Positions 1 to 8,310 of a DNA stretch of 32,000 nucleotides are shown in pieces. Every line of letters starts with the position of its first letter. The first letter of the stretch is position 1. Where the stretch lies: the NCBI RefSeq assembly GCF_051549785.1, contig NZ_CP189974.1, positions 911,231 to 943,230 of the forward strand, given 5' to 3'. Origin of the DNA: Candidatus Caldatribacterium sp. SIUC1 (lineage in GTDB: Bacteria > Atribacterota > Atribacteria > Atribacterales > Caldatribacteriaceae). Both the position numbers and the translations under genes were made by a program. The notes beneath the pieces are model-generated. The model made no database searches, had not been told where the DNA came from, and worked only from the letters and a program-made list of their open reading frames with translations.

Positions 1-986
1 ATCCCCACCACCACGAAAAGGGCAATCCAGGAAGGGATGGGGAATTCGAGAAGCAGGGTGGGTGTGGCAAGGTCGGGGTTTTTCAGGCCTGGCAGAAGCA
101 CCAGGGCTCCAAACCCTAAGGTGACGGTGATGAGGGTGTACACAAAACCGTACCCCAGAAACCCTGTGATGGTTTTGCGCATTTCTCTGAGGTTTGCTGG
201 CACAAGAAGCCGCTGGAAAACCTGGGGATTGGAGATACTGAAGAAGAACCAGGGGAGGGAGAGGTTGAGGAAGGTTCGAAAGGTGAAAAAGCCGTTTCCC
301 GGAACACTCAACCACTGGGGATGGGTGGTCTCGACCGTGTGGAAGAAAGCGGAGAATCCCCCAAGAAGGCGCATGACCACAAAGGAGACTAAGGCAACAG
401 AGCTTGCCATCATGATGCCTGCCTGGAGTGCATCGGTTGCCGCCACAGAGCGAAGTCCGGCAATTGTTGTCCAGAGGATGATGAAGCACAGGGCAAGGAG
501 CAGCCCCACAGGGTACCCGATTGTCCCCCGGGAGAGCACCTCAAGGAGGTACCCGATTCCTGTGAGCTGCACGGAGGTATAGGGGATGAGGAAACCCGAA
601 ACGATAAGAGCATACACGGTTCCCACCAGGGGATTCCGGTACTCGAGACTCAGGACCTCTCCAGGGCTCACGCATCCGTGACGTTTGCCGGCTTCCCAGA
701 ACTTCGGTCCCACAAGGACTGCCCAGAAAAGCCCCGAGAGGTAGATGAGCTCAAAGCCTAAAGCACCTACCCCTCCGCGGTAGGTAAGGCCCACAAGCCC
801 AAGCATCATGAAGGCGCTGTAAGTGGTGGCACCATAGGAGAGGGCGGCAATGAGCCAGTGGAGCTTTCGTCCCGCCAGGAAGTACTCGATGAGGCTCAGG
901 CGGGCTCCTCTCCGGACCGCCAGGGCGAAAGCGCTTCCCCATCCGGCGTAGAGCGCGATGGCAAGCCAGAGATACCGCTCACTCAT
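1..986 (-). CDS. Sodium:solute symporter (SSS family), 3' end truncated by window edge; missing from the ORF track because it has no stop in the window
   Basis: Manual reverse-complement translation from ATG at 986 gives MSERYLWLAIALYAGWGSAFALAVRRGARLSLIEYFLAGRKLHWLIAALSYGATTYSAFMMLGLVGLTYRGG...IPYTSVQLTGIGYLLE, with the SSS hallmarks (EYFLAGR, ATTYSAFMM) and hydrophobic helices. Confidence 0.88.
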   Translation of the reverse strand, partial: MSERYLWLAIALYAGWGSAFALAVRRGARLSLIEYFLAGRKLHWLIAALSYGATTYSAFMMLGLVGLTYRGGVGALGFELIYLSGLFWAVLVGPKFWEAGKRHGCVSPGEVLSLEYRNPLVGTVYALIVSGFLIPYTSVQLTGIGYLLEVLSRGTIGYPVGLLLALCFIILWTTIAGLRSVAATDALQAGIMMASSVALVSFVVMRLLGGFSAFFHTVETTHPQWLSVPGNGFFTFRTFLNLSLPWFFFSISNPQVFQRLLVPANLREMRKTITGFLGYGFVYTLITVTLGFGALVLLPGLKNPDLATPTLLLEFPIPSWIALFVVVG

Positions 987-1140
987 GCCAAGACCTCATC
1001 ATGCGGAGGAGAAGGAGAATGGCCAGAACTGCAAAGGCGCTCCAGAAGAGGAAGCTCCCACTGAAGCGCTGCACCCGGGAGAGGACGGTGAAGGGAAGAA
1101 GGTACGCTAAAACCACAAGGGAAAGAAAAGCAAGGAGCAC
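979..1140 (-). CDS. Small membrane protein (about 53 aa), DUF997/YhdT-like partner of an SSS symporter
   Basis: The track ORF 979..1242 is over-extended. A GTG start at 1140 preceded by ggaggaga gives one N-terminal helix (LLAFLSLVVLAYLLPF) and a second helix (GSFLFWSAFAVLAILLLL). The stop overlaps the symporter ATG. Confidence 0.6.
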   Translation of the reverse strand: MLLAFLSLVVLAYLLPFTVLSRVQRFSGSFLFWSAFAVLAILLLLRMMRSWHE

Positions 1141-1207
1141 TCTCCTCCCTCCCCGCTTTTTGCTACAATGTAGCAGAAAGTAGGACGGGAGTAAAGGGGG
1201 AAGAGGG

Positions 1208-1753
1208 ATGTCCAGAGCTTTTCTCGTCATCGATATGCTCAACGACTTCGTGCATCCCGATGGGGTACTCTTTGTGGGGCATCAGGTGCAGGGGGTCATC
1301 GCCACCATCGGAGAACTCCTTGAAGAACGGAGAAAGCAGAAAGACCTCATCATTTATGTGTGCGATGCCCATCGCAGGGATGACGCCGAATTCCGGCTCT
1401 TTCCGCCGCACTGTGTGGAAGGGACCTGGGGGGCACAGGTGGTTGCGGACCTTGCGCCCCAGGAAGGGGATTTCGTTCTTCCAAAAACGAAGTTCAGTGC
1501 GTTCCTTGGAACACCCCTTGACCTCATTCTCCGGGAAAAGAACGTCACGCACCTTGAGCTTGTGGGAGTGTGCACGAATATCTGCGTGCTGTACACCTGC
1601 GCCTTTGCGCGGATGCTCCATTACGAGGTGACGGTTTTCCGGGAGGGGGTGACCTCCTTTGACCTTGGAGCCCATGAGTGGGCGCTCCGGGAGATGGAGA
1701 ACACCCTGAAGGCGGAGGTTCGCTCATGCGGGAAGTCATCCAGAGCGCAGTGA
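1208..1753 (+). CDS. Isochorismatase-family cysteine hydrolase (nicotinamidase-like)
   Basis: 181 aa. FLVIDMLNDFV (Asp), PKTKFSAF (Lys) and GVCTNICV (Cys) match the Asp/Lys/Cys triad layout of the family; CDAHRRDD resembles the metal-binding region. Confidence 0.88.
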   Translation: MSRAFLVIDMLNDFVHPDGVLFVGHQVQGVIATIGELLEERRKQKDLIIYVCDAHRRDDAEFRLFPPHCVEGTWGAQVVADLAPQEGDFVLPKTKFSAFLGTPLDLILREKNVTHLELVGVCTNICVLYTCAFARMLHYEVTVFREGVTSFDLGAHEWALREMENTLKAEVRSCGKSSRAQ

Positions 1754-2619
1754 ACGTGAGCACGTCGTCTTCTGCAGTCGTTCAGGAGATGGTGGAGCGT
1801 CTTGCTGCTTTTGAAAACCTGAAGGTGGCGGATTATTCCCTGGATCCGGACCACAACCGTTCGGTCGTCACCCTCCTTGGGGCCCAGAAGGCCCTGGAGG
1901 CGGCCATTCCCATCTTTTTTGAGGTTGCCGAAAAGTACCTCGATATTCGCCTGCACCGGGGAGAACATCCCCGCATCGGCATTGTGGATGTGATTCCCTT
2001 CACGCCCTGGAGGGGTGTCGGGATGGAGGAGTGCAAGGCGCTGGCCTGGCGGGTAGGGGAGGAGATTGCCCGCCGTTTCCGCGTTCCGGTGTATTTCTAC
2101 GGGGAAGCCGCAAGAAGGCCTGAACACCGGGACCTTTCACAGATTCGCCGGGGAGGGTATGAAGTTCTGCGAGAGGAAATCGCCCGTGTTCCGGAACGCT
2201 TCCCCGATGCCGGCCCCTACGAGGTGCACCCCACGCTGGGGGCTACAGCCATAGGAGCTCGGGGACCGCTTGTGGCCTTCAACGTGAATCTCAGAACCCA
2301 GGATGTCAGTGTGGCCCGAAAAATCGCCGCACGGGTTCGGGGAGGGTTGCAGGCGGTGAAGGCCATTGGGGTTGAGCTTAAAACCCGGGGAATGGTTCAG
2401 GTTTCTATGAACGTCCTGGACTTCCGGCGGAACTCGCTCCTTGAGGTTTTCAGGCTTGTGGCCCTTGAAGCTCGCCGATATGGCGTGGACGTGGCGGGAT
2501 CAGAAATCATCGGTCTTGTCCCCCTCGAGGCTCTGGTAGATCTTGCGCAGGTTGTCCTTGGCATTCCCGATTTGCGGGTGAGTCAGGTGGTGGAGCACCA
2601 TCTGGCGGACGGTTTTTGA
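1726..2619 (+). CDS. ftcD: Glutamate formimidoyltransferase (formiminotransferase domain only)
   Basis: MREVIQSAVNVSTSSSAVVQEMVE...SLDPDHNRSVVTLLG...HPRIGIVDVIPFTPWRG...PVYFYGEAA...HPTLGATAIGARGPLVAFNVNL. The start at 1726 is inside the 1678..2619 ORF. Confidence 0.9.
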   Translation: MREVIQSAVNVSTSSSAVVQEMVERLAAFENLKVADYSLDPDHNRSVVTLLGAQKALEAAIPIFFEVAEKYLDIRLHRGEHPRIGIVDVIPFTPWRGVGMEECKALAWRVGEEIARRFRVPVYFYGEAARRPEHRDLSQIRRGGYEVLREEIARVPERFPDAGPYEVHPTLGATAIGARGPLVAFNVNLRTQDVSVARKIAARVRGGLQAVKAIGVELKTRGMVQVSMNVLDFRRNSLLEVFRLVALEARRYGVDVAGSEIIGLVPLEALVDLAQVVLGIPDLRVSQVVEHHLADGF

Positions 2620-2638
2620 CTTTTTTTGACTAACCCCC

Positions 2639-2667
2639 TTGACAGTTTGACCTTACTTGATTATAAT
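2639..2667 (+). promoter_or_regulatory. Consensus sigma70-type promoter for hsp20
   Basis: TTGACA (2639-2644), 17-bp spacer, TATAAT (2662-2667), upstream of the hsp20 ribosome-binding site AAAGGAGG. Confidence 0.85.
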
Positions 2668-2716
2668 GGGAGCCGGACTCGAGAACGCTCGAAGACAGCG
2701 AAAGGAGGGATGACCT

Positions 2717-3202
2717 ATGGTGAGAAGAAGCGTTCCTGCCCGTCGCGAAGAGCGGCGAGTGAGCCCAATTCGGAGGCTCTGGGATCTCTTTGATCTCCGC
2801 AGTGACCTTGACGAAATCTTCGACGAACTCCTGGAGGCACCATTCTTCAGCGCACCGTCTTGGTTTGGCAACTTCCCTGCTGTAGACGTTGCTGAAACCG
2901 AGAACGACGTCATCGTCAAGGCAGAAATCCCGGGAATTGACCCCAAGAACCTTGAAGTGCACGTCACCGAAGACTCCCTGGACATCAAAGGTGAAGTGAA
3001 GGACGAGTGGGAGGAACGGGACGTTGGATACTGCCGCAGAGAACGTTACTGTGGTGCCTTTGAACGCACCATCGCTCTTCCAGCAAAGGTGAAGCAGGAC
3101 GAGGTGAAGGCGCAGTACAAGGACGGCATCCTCACCATTACGCTCCCCAAAGTCGAACCGAGCAAACCCAAGGCCAGGAAGGTCGAAATCGAGGTGGCAT
3201 AG
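2717..3202 (+). CDS. Small heat shock protein, Hsp20/alpha-crystallin family
   Basis: 161 aa. VDVAETENDVIVKAEIPGIDPKNLEVHVTEDSLDIKGE...RRERYCGAFERTIALPAKV...YKDGILTITLPK. Confidence 0.96.
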   Translation: MVRRSVPARREERRVSPIRRLWDLFDLRSDLDEIFDELLEAPFFSAPSWFGNFPAVDVAETENDVIVKAEIPGIDPKNLEVHVTEDSLDIKGEVKDEWEERDVGYCRRERYCGAFERTIALPAKVKQDEVKAQYKDGILTITLPKVEPSKPKARKVEIEVA

Positions 3203-3211
3203 CATTCCAGA

Positions 3212-3252
3212 AAAAGCCCCGGAGAGGATCCCCTCTCCGGGGCTTTTCTTTT
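3212..3252 (+). terminator. Rho-independent terminator after hsp20
   Basis: AAAAGCCCCGGAGAGG-atc-CCCTCTCCGGGGCTTTT followed by a T-rich tract. Confidence 0.92.
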
Positions 3253-3285
3253 CCCCCCAAAATGTGTACAATGTAAAAGAGGTGT

Positions 3286-3363
3286 CGGGGCGTGGCGCAG
3301 CCTGGTAAGCGCACACGGTTCGGGACCGTGGTGTCGGCCGTTCAAATCGGCTCGCCCCGACCA
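3286..3363 (+). tRNA. tRNA-Pro(CGG), 3' CCA encoded
   Basis: Acceptor CGGGGCG/CGCCCCG, D arm GCGC..GCGC, anticodon arm CACGG-TTCGGGA-CCGTG (anticodon CGG), T arm GGCCG-TTCAAAT-CGGCT, discriminator A plus CCA. Confidence 0.93.
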
Positions 3364-3379
3364 GTTTCCGGGTGATAGG

Positions 3380-3964
3380 ATGATCTACTATCTCTGTAAG
3401 TACCTCGCCCTTTTTCTTCTCAAGCTCTTCTCCTCCTTTCGGGCAAGTGGCAGAGAACATATCCCCCGGTATGGTCCCTGTTTCCTGGTTTCGAACCATT
3501 CGAGTTACCTTGACCCCGTGGTCCTCGGATGCGCTTCACCCCGGCGTGTGTACTTTGTGGCCAAGGAGGAGCTCTTCCGGAACCCACTTGCCGCGTTTTT
3601 CCTGAGGCAGCTCGGGGCCTTCCCCCTGCGAAGAGGCGAGGTGGACAAAGAGGCGGTGCAGACGATTTTCCGGCTCCTCCGGGAGGGGAAGGTGGTCTGT
3701 TTTTTCCCCGAGGGAACCCGGAATGAAGGAACGCTTTTGCCCTTTCGCAAGGGTGCCCTGAAGCTCTTGCTCCGGGGGAATGCCCCAATTGTGGTGGCAA
3801 GCATCCGGGGAACGTACGAGAGCTTTTCCCGGCACCGGAAGTTCCCCCGTCCCTTTCCCATCCGGGTGGTGTTTTCCCCGCCCTTTTCTCCGGAAGGCCT
3901 GACTCCTGAGACCCTCGAGGACGAAATACGCAAACGTATGGAGGTTGCCTTTCATGGTTCGTAG
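3380..3964 (+). CDS. plsC: Lysophospholipid acyltransferase family protein (1-acyl-sn-glycerol-3-phosphate acyltransferase-like)
   Basis: NHSSYLDPVVLG matches HX4D, FFPEGTRNEG matches the second PlsC motif; 194 aa with an N-terminal hydrophobic segment. Confidence 0.87.
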   Translation: MIYYLCKYLALFLLKLFSSFRASGREHIPRYGPCFLVSNHSSYLDPVVLGCASPRRVYFVAKEELFRNPLAAFFLRQLGAFPLRRGEVDKEAVQTIFRLLREGKVVCFFPEGTRNEGTLLPFRKGALKLLLRGNAPIVVASIRGTYESFSRHRKFPRPFPIRVVFSPPFSPEGLTPETLEDEIRKRMEVAFHGS

Positions 3965-5297
3965 AATGCTCCCCATCATCCTCTTTGGCTTTTTTTTGAC
4001 CTCTTCGGCGCTTGCTCTGGTTTTCAGGATTGATGCGGTTTTCGAGGAAGTGGGAGGAGAGATACCCCTTCTGGACTACCCGGTGGGCATTGCTGTGGAC
4101 GACGCAGGGGGAAGGGTATTCGTGAGCGACTGGGGGAATAACAGGGTTCTGGTGCTTGATAAAGCGGGGAAGCTTCTCCGGGAAATCAGGGACCTGAAGA
4201 GTCCTGCAGGGCTTGCCCTTGACAGAGAGCGGGGGAGGCTCTTTGTGGTGGAGCAGAAGGGGAACCGGGTAACTGTCTTCGACCTTGAGACGCTCAGTCC
4301 CCGGGGGAGCCTGAAGACCAGAAAGACTCCCCTAAGTGAGCCCCGGGGGATCTGGGTAGCGCAGGACGGTACGGTTTATGTTGCGGATACAGGACGGTCG
4401 CGCATCGTGGCCTTTGGGGTTCAGGGAGAGGAACTCTTTGCCTTTGGCCGGGAAGGTATGGGGGACAACGAGTTCTACCAGCCCAGAGGAGTGGCCTATG
4501 ACCCAAAGGAGCGCATCTGGGTGGTGGATACCCTCCATCACTGCGTGAAGGTTTTCGACGGAAAGGGAAACTACCTCTTTCGTTTCGGTGAGGGTCTCAA
4601 TCAGCCCCGCTACGTTGGCTTCTTTGGCGATCTTGCCTTTCTCTCCGATTACCGGAACCACCGGATTCTCGTCTATGACCTCCAGGGGGTGCTCCAGGGT
4701 GCTATTGGTGAAGAGGAGAAACTCTTCTCCTTTCCCGAGGGGCTCTGGATTGATGGTGAGGGGAAGCTCTGGGTGGCCGATGCTGGGAACAACCGGATTG
4801 TTCGAATTGACCTGGGGTACCTTGCCCATCCTGAGGAGTACCTGAAAACCCTCCTTGCGGAGGGGAAGGACGAGGAGTTCTTTGAGGTCCTGGGTCGCCT
4901 GTCTCCTGAGGTCTGCAGGCGACCCGAGATTGGTCGTTTGCTCTTTGAGGCGTACAGGCGCCGGGGAGACCTTGAGGCACTCATTGCCCAGGCGGAAGAG
5001 CTTTTTCTCTCCGATGAAGAGGAGCGCTCCCGGTGGAAGAGGACGCTTGGTGAGCTCTACGCCGAACGGGGACGTATCCTCGCCGGGCAGGGCTCTTTTG
5101 AGGAAGCGAAGGGCTTCCTGCTCCGGTCCTTCCGGTACGGTCGACTGGCTTCGCTTTTCTCCTACCTCTGGCTTGCTTTCCTGAGTGCAGGAGGAGAGTA
5201 CCTTGGCATCCTCCTGCTCTTTGTGCTTTTGGGGGTGTTACTCTTTGTCTACCTGCGGCTTCGAGCCGAGCGGGAGAGGAGGTGGCGCCGGTGGTGA
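3945..5297 (+). CDS. Membrane-anchored NHL-repeat (beta-propeller) protein
   Basis: N-terminal signal-like helix (MLPIILFGFFLTSSALALVF), repeated GIAVDDAGGRVFVSDWGNNRVLVLD-type blades, then a helical region and C-terminal TM GEYLGILLLFVLLGVLLFVYLRLR with a basic tail. The exact start is uncertain. Confidence 0.8.
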   Translation: MPFMVRRMLPIILFGFFLTSSALALVFRIDAVFEEVGGEIPLLDYPVGIAVDDAGGRVFVSDWGNNRVLVLDKAGKLLREIRDLKSPAGLALDRERGRLFVVEQKGNRVTVFDLETLSPRGSLKTRKTPLSEPRGIWVAQDGTVYVADTGRSRIVAFGVQGEELFAFGREGMGDNEFYQPRGVAYDPKERIWVVDTLHHCVKVFDGKGNYLFRFGEGLNQPRYVGFFGDLAFLSDYRNHRILVYDLQGVLQGAIGEEEKLFSFPEGLWIDGEGKLWVADAGNNRIVRIDLGYLAHPEEYLKTLLAEGKDEEFFEVLGRLSPEVCRRPEIGRLLFEAYRRRGDLEALIAQAEELFLSDEEERSRWKRTLGELYAERGRILAGQGSFEEAKGFLLRSFRYGRLASLFSYLWLAFLSAGGEYLGILLLFVLLGVLLFVYLRLRAERERRWRRW

Positions 5298-6130
5298 GGA
5301 AAGAGGCGGTGGCAGGGTACTTCTATCCGGGAAAAGCCGAGGAGCTGCGGCTTCTTTTTGAGGAACTCTCCGCCTCTGCGTCGCGGGTTTTTCCGGAAGA
5401 TCTCTCCGGGCTTCAGGATGCCAGTGGTGTGGTGAGCCCTCACGCCGGGTATATCTACTCGGGGGTGGCCGCCTGCGTTGCCCATCGCTTTCTCGCCCTT
5501 CTCCCCCCTGCACGGACGATTGTGCTCCTTGGTCCAAATCACCGGGGGGTGGGGAAACGGGTGGCCATAAGCAACGCTGAGTACTGGCAGACCCCTCTGG
5601 GGCGGGTACCTGTGGACAGGGAGTCGGTGGAGTTCCTTCTCTCGTACTCTTCGATGTTCGCCCTGGATGAACTGGCGCATCAGTTTGAGCACTCTCTTGA
5701 GGTTCAGGTCCCCTTCCTCCAACACTTCCTGCCTTACGAATTCCAGATTCTCCCCATTGCCCTGCTTTCCCAGGACAGGGCAACGTCTGAAGCCTTGGGG
5801 GAGGCCCTTTTTGCCCTTTCGGAGAAGAAGCGGATTCTCGTTGTGGCAAGCAGCGACTTCTCCCACTACGAGCCGGAAGCGGTGGCCCGGACCAAAGACA
5901 TAAAGGTCATTGATCGCATCTGCGCCCTGGATGTTGAGGGATTCTACCGGGTACTCCGGGAGAGAGACGTGAGCGTCTGTGGACCTGGAGGAATCGCTGC
6001 GCTCCTTGTGTACCACAAAAAGCGGGGAGGGAAAAGGGGCGAACTCCTCTTCTATACCCACAGCGGTGAGGTGACGGGTGAACGGCACCAAGTGGTTGGG
6101 TACGCGGCGGTCGCCTTTCCCCTGCCGTGA
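5282..6130 (+). CDS. amrB: AmmeMemoRadiSam system protein B (MEMO1 family)
   Basis: [18 protein letters not shown]...[13 protein letters not shown]...LLGPNHRG...[14 protein letters not shown]...ASSDFSHYE; GTG start overlapping the previous gene. Confidence 0.9.
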   Translation: MAPVVRKEAVAGYFYPGKAEELRLLFEELSASASRVFPEDLSGLQDASGVVSPHAGYIYSGVAACVAHRFLALLPPARTIVLLGPNHRGVGKRVAISNAEYWQTPLGRVPVDRESVEFLLSYSSMFALDELAHQFEHSLEVQVPFLQHFLPYEFQILPIALLSQDRATSEALGEALFALSEKKRILVVASSDFSHYEPEAVARTKDIKVIDRICALDVEGFYRVLRERDVSVCGPGGIAALLVYHKKRGGKRGELLFYTHSGEVTGERHQVVGYAAVAFPLP

Positions 6131-6180
6131 AAAATATTTTTCCTCTCCCCTTGACAGGGGGTGTAGGGGGTGGTACTCTA
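6130..6180 (+). promoter_or_regulatory. Promoter of the cold-shock gene with an AT-rich UP-like element
   Basis: AAAAATATTTTT (6130-6141), TTGACA (6151-6156), 17-bp spacer, TACTCT (6174-6179). Confidence 0.75.
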
Positions 6181-6230
6181 AGCACAACGCTTGCGCAAGC
6201 GTCAAGTTCAGATTGAGGAGGCTCAATTCA

Positions 6231-6431
6231 ATGGCAACAGGAAAAGTCAAGTGGTTCAGCACCACCAAGGGGTACGGGTTCATCTCTTCCGACCAGGGTG
6301 GTGACGTGTTTGTGCACTACACGGCAATCGAAGGAAACGGCTTCAAGACCCTCGAAGAGGGTCAGGCAGTGGAGTTCGATATCCAGCAGGGGGCAAAAGG
6401 CCCTCAGGCTGTTCGCGTGCGAAGAATATAG
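6231..6431 (+). CDS. Cold-shock protein (CspA family)
   Basis: [51 protein letters not shown] (RNP1 GYGFI, RNP2 VFVHY). The track ORF from 6078 is over-extended; ATG at 6231 follows gaggagg. Confidence 0.96.
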   Translation: MATGKVKWFSTTKGYGFISSDQGGDVFVHYTAIEGNGFKTLEEGQAVEFDIQQGAKGPQAVRVRRI

Positions 6432-6451
6432 CACTCTTCCGGAAAAGCCAG

Positions 6452-6488
6452 AAAGCCCACCACTGGTGTGGTGGGCTTTTTCTTTTTC
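6452..6488 (+). terminator. Rho-independent terminator after csp
   Basis: AAAGCCCACCAC-tggt-GTGGTGGGCTTT followed by TTCTTTTTC. Confidence 0.93.
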
Positions 6489-6496
6489 TGCCCCCA

Positions 6497-6505
6497 TGCT
6501 ATAAT
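6497..6505 (+). promoter_or_regulatory. Extended -10 promoter element for the rpmE operon
   Basis: TGCTATAAT (TGn-TATAAT), about 33 nt before the rpmE start. Confidence 0.55.
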
Positions 6506-6537
6506 TATTCCCACGCGCTGAAAGGAAGGTGGAGGAG

Positions 6538-6744
6538 ATGAAAAAAGGCATTCACCCCGAGTACGCCGAGACCCGGGTCATCTGTGCCTGCGGGAACACG
6601 TTCGTGACAAGGTCGACGAAGTTCCCCGAAATTCGGGTGGAAATCTGCGCCAAGTGCCATCCCTTCTTCACTGGTCAGCAGAAACTGGTGGACACGACCG
6701 GAAGGGTGGAGAAGTTCCGCAGTAAATACGGGGATAACTACTGA
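6538..6744 (+). CDS. rpmE: 50S ribosomal protein L31 (zinc-ribbon, Cys+ type)
   Basis: [65 protein letters not shown]; ATG after ggaggag. Confidence 0.96.
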   Translation: MKKGIHPEYAETRVICACGNTFVTRSTKFPEIRVEICAKCHPFFTGQQKLVDTTGRVEKFRSKYGDNY

Positions 6745-6763
6745 CCCCGGTCCCGCGAATCCC

Positions 6764-7420
6764 ATGCGGGTGACCCTTCTTACCCACACCCCTGACCCTG
6801 AGAGAGCTATCGCCCTGGCTGCGAGGGTCTGTTACAGCAAGGAGCCTCCTCAGGATATTGCCCCTGAAAAGGCCAGGAAGCTCATCCGGGAACTCTTTGC
6901 CCGGGGGCATGAGTCGGTGCTGGAACACGCTTTCTTCTCTTTTCTCCTCGAGGGCATCTCCCGGGTGACCTCTCACCAGCTCGTCCGGCACCGTCTGGCG
7001 TCTTACGCTCAGCAGAGCCAGCGGTATGTGGACCTCGGGGAGGCGAGCTTTGTCTGTCCGCCCTCGATTGCCGAACACCCCCGTGCTAAAATAGTATTCG
7101 ATGAGGTCATGGCCCATGCCCTGGAGGCGTATGAGGAGCTCTGCCGCCTTGGGGTGGCAAAGGAGGATGCCCGGTACGTTTTTCCCCAGGCCGTGGCGAC
7201 CAATATCGTCGTTTCCCTGAACGCCCGGGAACTCCTGCACATTGCCCGGGTACGTCTGTGTCGCCGGGCACAGTGGGAGGTTCGGGAAGTGGTGTTGAGG
7301 ATGATTGCGGAGGTGGGGAAGGTTGCGCCGGTCCTTGCAGAAATCGCCGGCCCTCCCTGCAAGTTTGGTCCCTGCCCGGAGGGGGAGAAGGGTTGCGGAA
7401 GACCATGGGGGATTCCGTGA
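6764..7420 (+). CDS. thyX: Flavin-dependent thymidylate synthase ThyX
   Basis: RHRLASYAQQSQRYVDL contains the ThyX motif RHRxxSxxxxSQRY; HESVLEHAFFSF. Confidence 0.95.
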   Translation: MRVTLLTHTPDPERAIALAARVCYSKEPPQDIAPEKARKLIRELFARGHESVLEHAFFSFLLEGISRVTSHQLVRHRLASYAQQSQRYVDLGEASFVCPPSIAEHPRAKIVFDEVMAHALEAYEELCRLGVAKEDARYVFPQAVATNIVVSLNARELLHIARVRLCRRAQWEVREVVLRMIAEVGKVAPVLAEIAGPPCKFGPCPEGEKGCGRPWGIP

Positions 7421-8310
7421 AAAGAGAAGGATTCTGTGACATCGGAGGGCAAGCGCTGATTGAGGGAGTGATGATGCGAAGTCCCCACCGCCTGGCGATG
7501 GCGGTGCGCCGGCCCGATGGGAGCATTGTTCTCGAGGTGCGGGAGGAGGTTCCCCTTTCGCGCCGGAGCCCCTTTTTTGCCCTTCCGGTGATTCGGGGAA
7601 TAGTGGGTCTTGTCGATTCGCTGGTGGTGGGCCTTCGGGCGCTCTCCTATTCTGCCCAGGTGGCCCTTGACGAGGAGCATCGCCTCACCGGTTTCGACAT
7701 AGGGCTGGCCCTGCTCCTTGCCCTGGGTCTTTTTGTGGGGCTTTTTGTTGCCCTTCCCACGTTTTTGACCTCACTCCTTGACCGTTTCCTGCGTTCCACC
7801 GTGGTGTACAACCTCATGGAGGGGGCAATCCGGATTGGCGTTTTTCTCCTGTACCTTCTTGTGATTTCGAATCTCCGGGATATCCGGAGGGTCTTTGAGT
7901 ACCACGGTGCAGAGCACAAGGCTATTTTTACCTTCGAGGAAGGAGAGGAACTCACGCCTGAAAATGCGGCGAAGTTCGCCACCCGTCATCCCCGCTGCGG
8001 GACAAGCTGGCTGCTCCTTGTCATGGTGGTGAGTGTCCTCATTTTCTCCTGCCTCGGAAGACCAGGGGTTTTTGTCCGGATTCTGAGCCGGGTTCTCGTG
8101 GTGCCTCTCGTGGCAGGGCTGGCCTATGAGGCGGTGAAGCTACTCTCACGCCATCGCCAGAGCCTCGTTGCCCGTCTTGTGAGCCTTCCTGGTCTCTGGC
8201 TCCAGTACCTCACAACCCGCGAACCGGATAGAGACCAGCTTGAGGTGGCCTTTGCGGCGCTGCGGGGGAGTCTCGGGGAGGAGTACACACCATGTGGCGA
8301 GAAAAGGTGA
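7405..8310 (+). CDS. DUF1385 / YqhQ-like membrane protein
   Basis: [26 protein letters not shown]...[16 protein letters not shown]...[15 protein letters not shown]; start at 7405 (ATG) or 7417 (GTG). Confidence 0.88.
   Translation: MGDSVKREGFCDIGGQALIEGVMMRSPHRLAMAVRRPDGSIVLEVREEVPLSRRSPFFALPVIRGIVGLVDSLVVGLRALSYSAQVALDEEHRLTGFDIGLALLLALGLFVGLFVALPTFLTSLLDRFLRSTVVYNLMEGAIRIGVFLLYLLVISNLRDIRRVFEYHGAEHKAIFTFEEGEELTPENAAKFATRHPRCGTSWLLLVMVVSVLIFSCLGRPGVFVRILSRVLVVPLVAGLAYEAVKLLSRHRQSLVARLVSLPGLWLQYLTTREPDRDQLEVAFAALRGSLGEEYTPCGEKR

Noticed and set aside
37-582. 181-aa plus-strand ORF at the window start
   Set aside because: The opposite strand encodes the SSS symporter with clear hallmarks, so this is a shadow ORF.
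2630-3499. 289-aa minus-strand ORF across hsp20 and the tRNA-Pro region
   Set aside because: It is antisense to a clear Hsp20 gene, a strong terminator and a tRNA, and its sequence shows no recognisable domain. It arises from high-GC codon bias.
5249-6283. 344-aa minus-strand ORF opposite amrB
   Set aside because: It is antisense to a well-supported MEMO-family gene and crosses the csp promoter.
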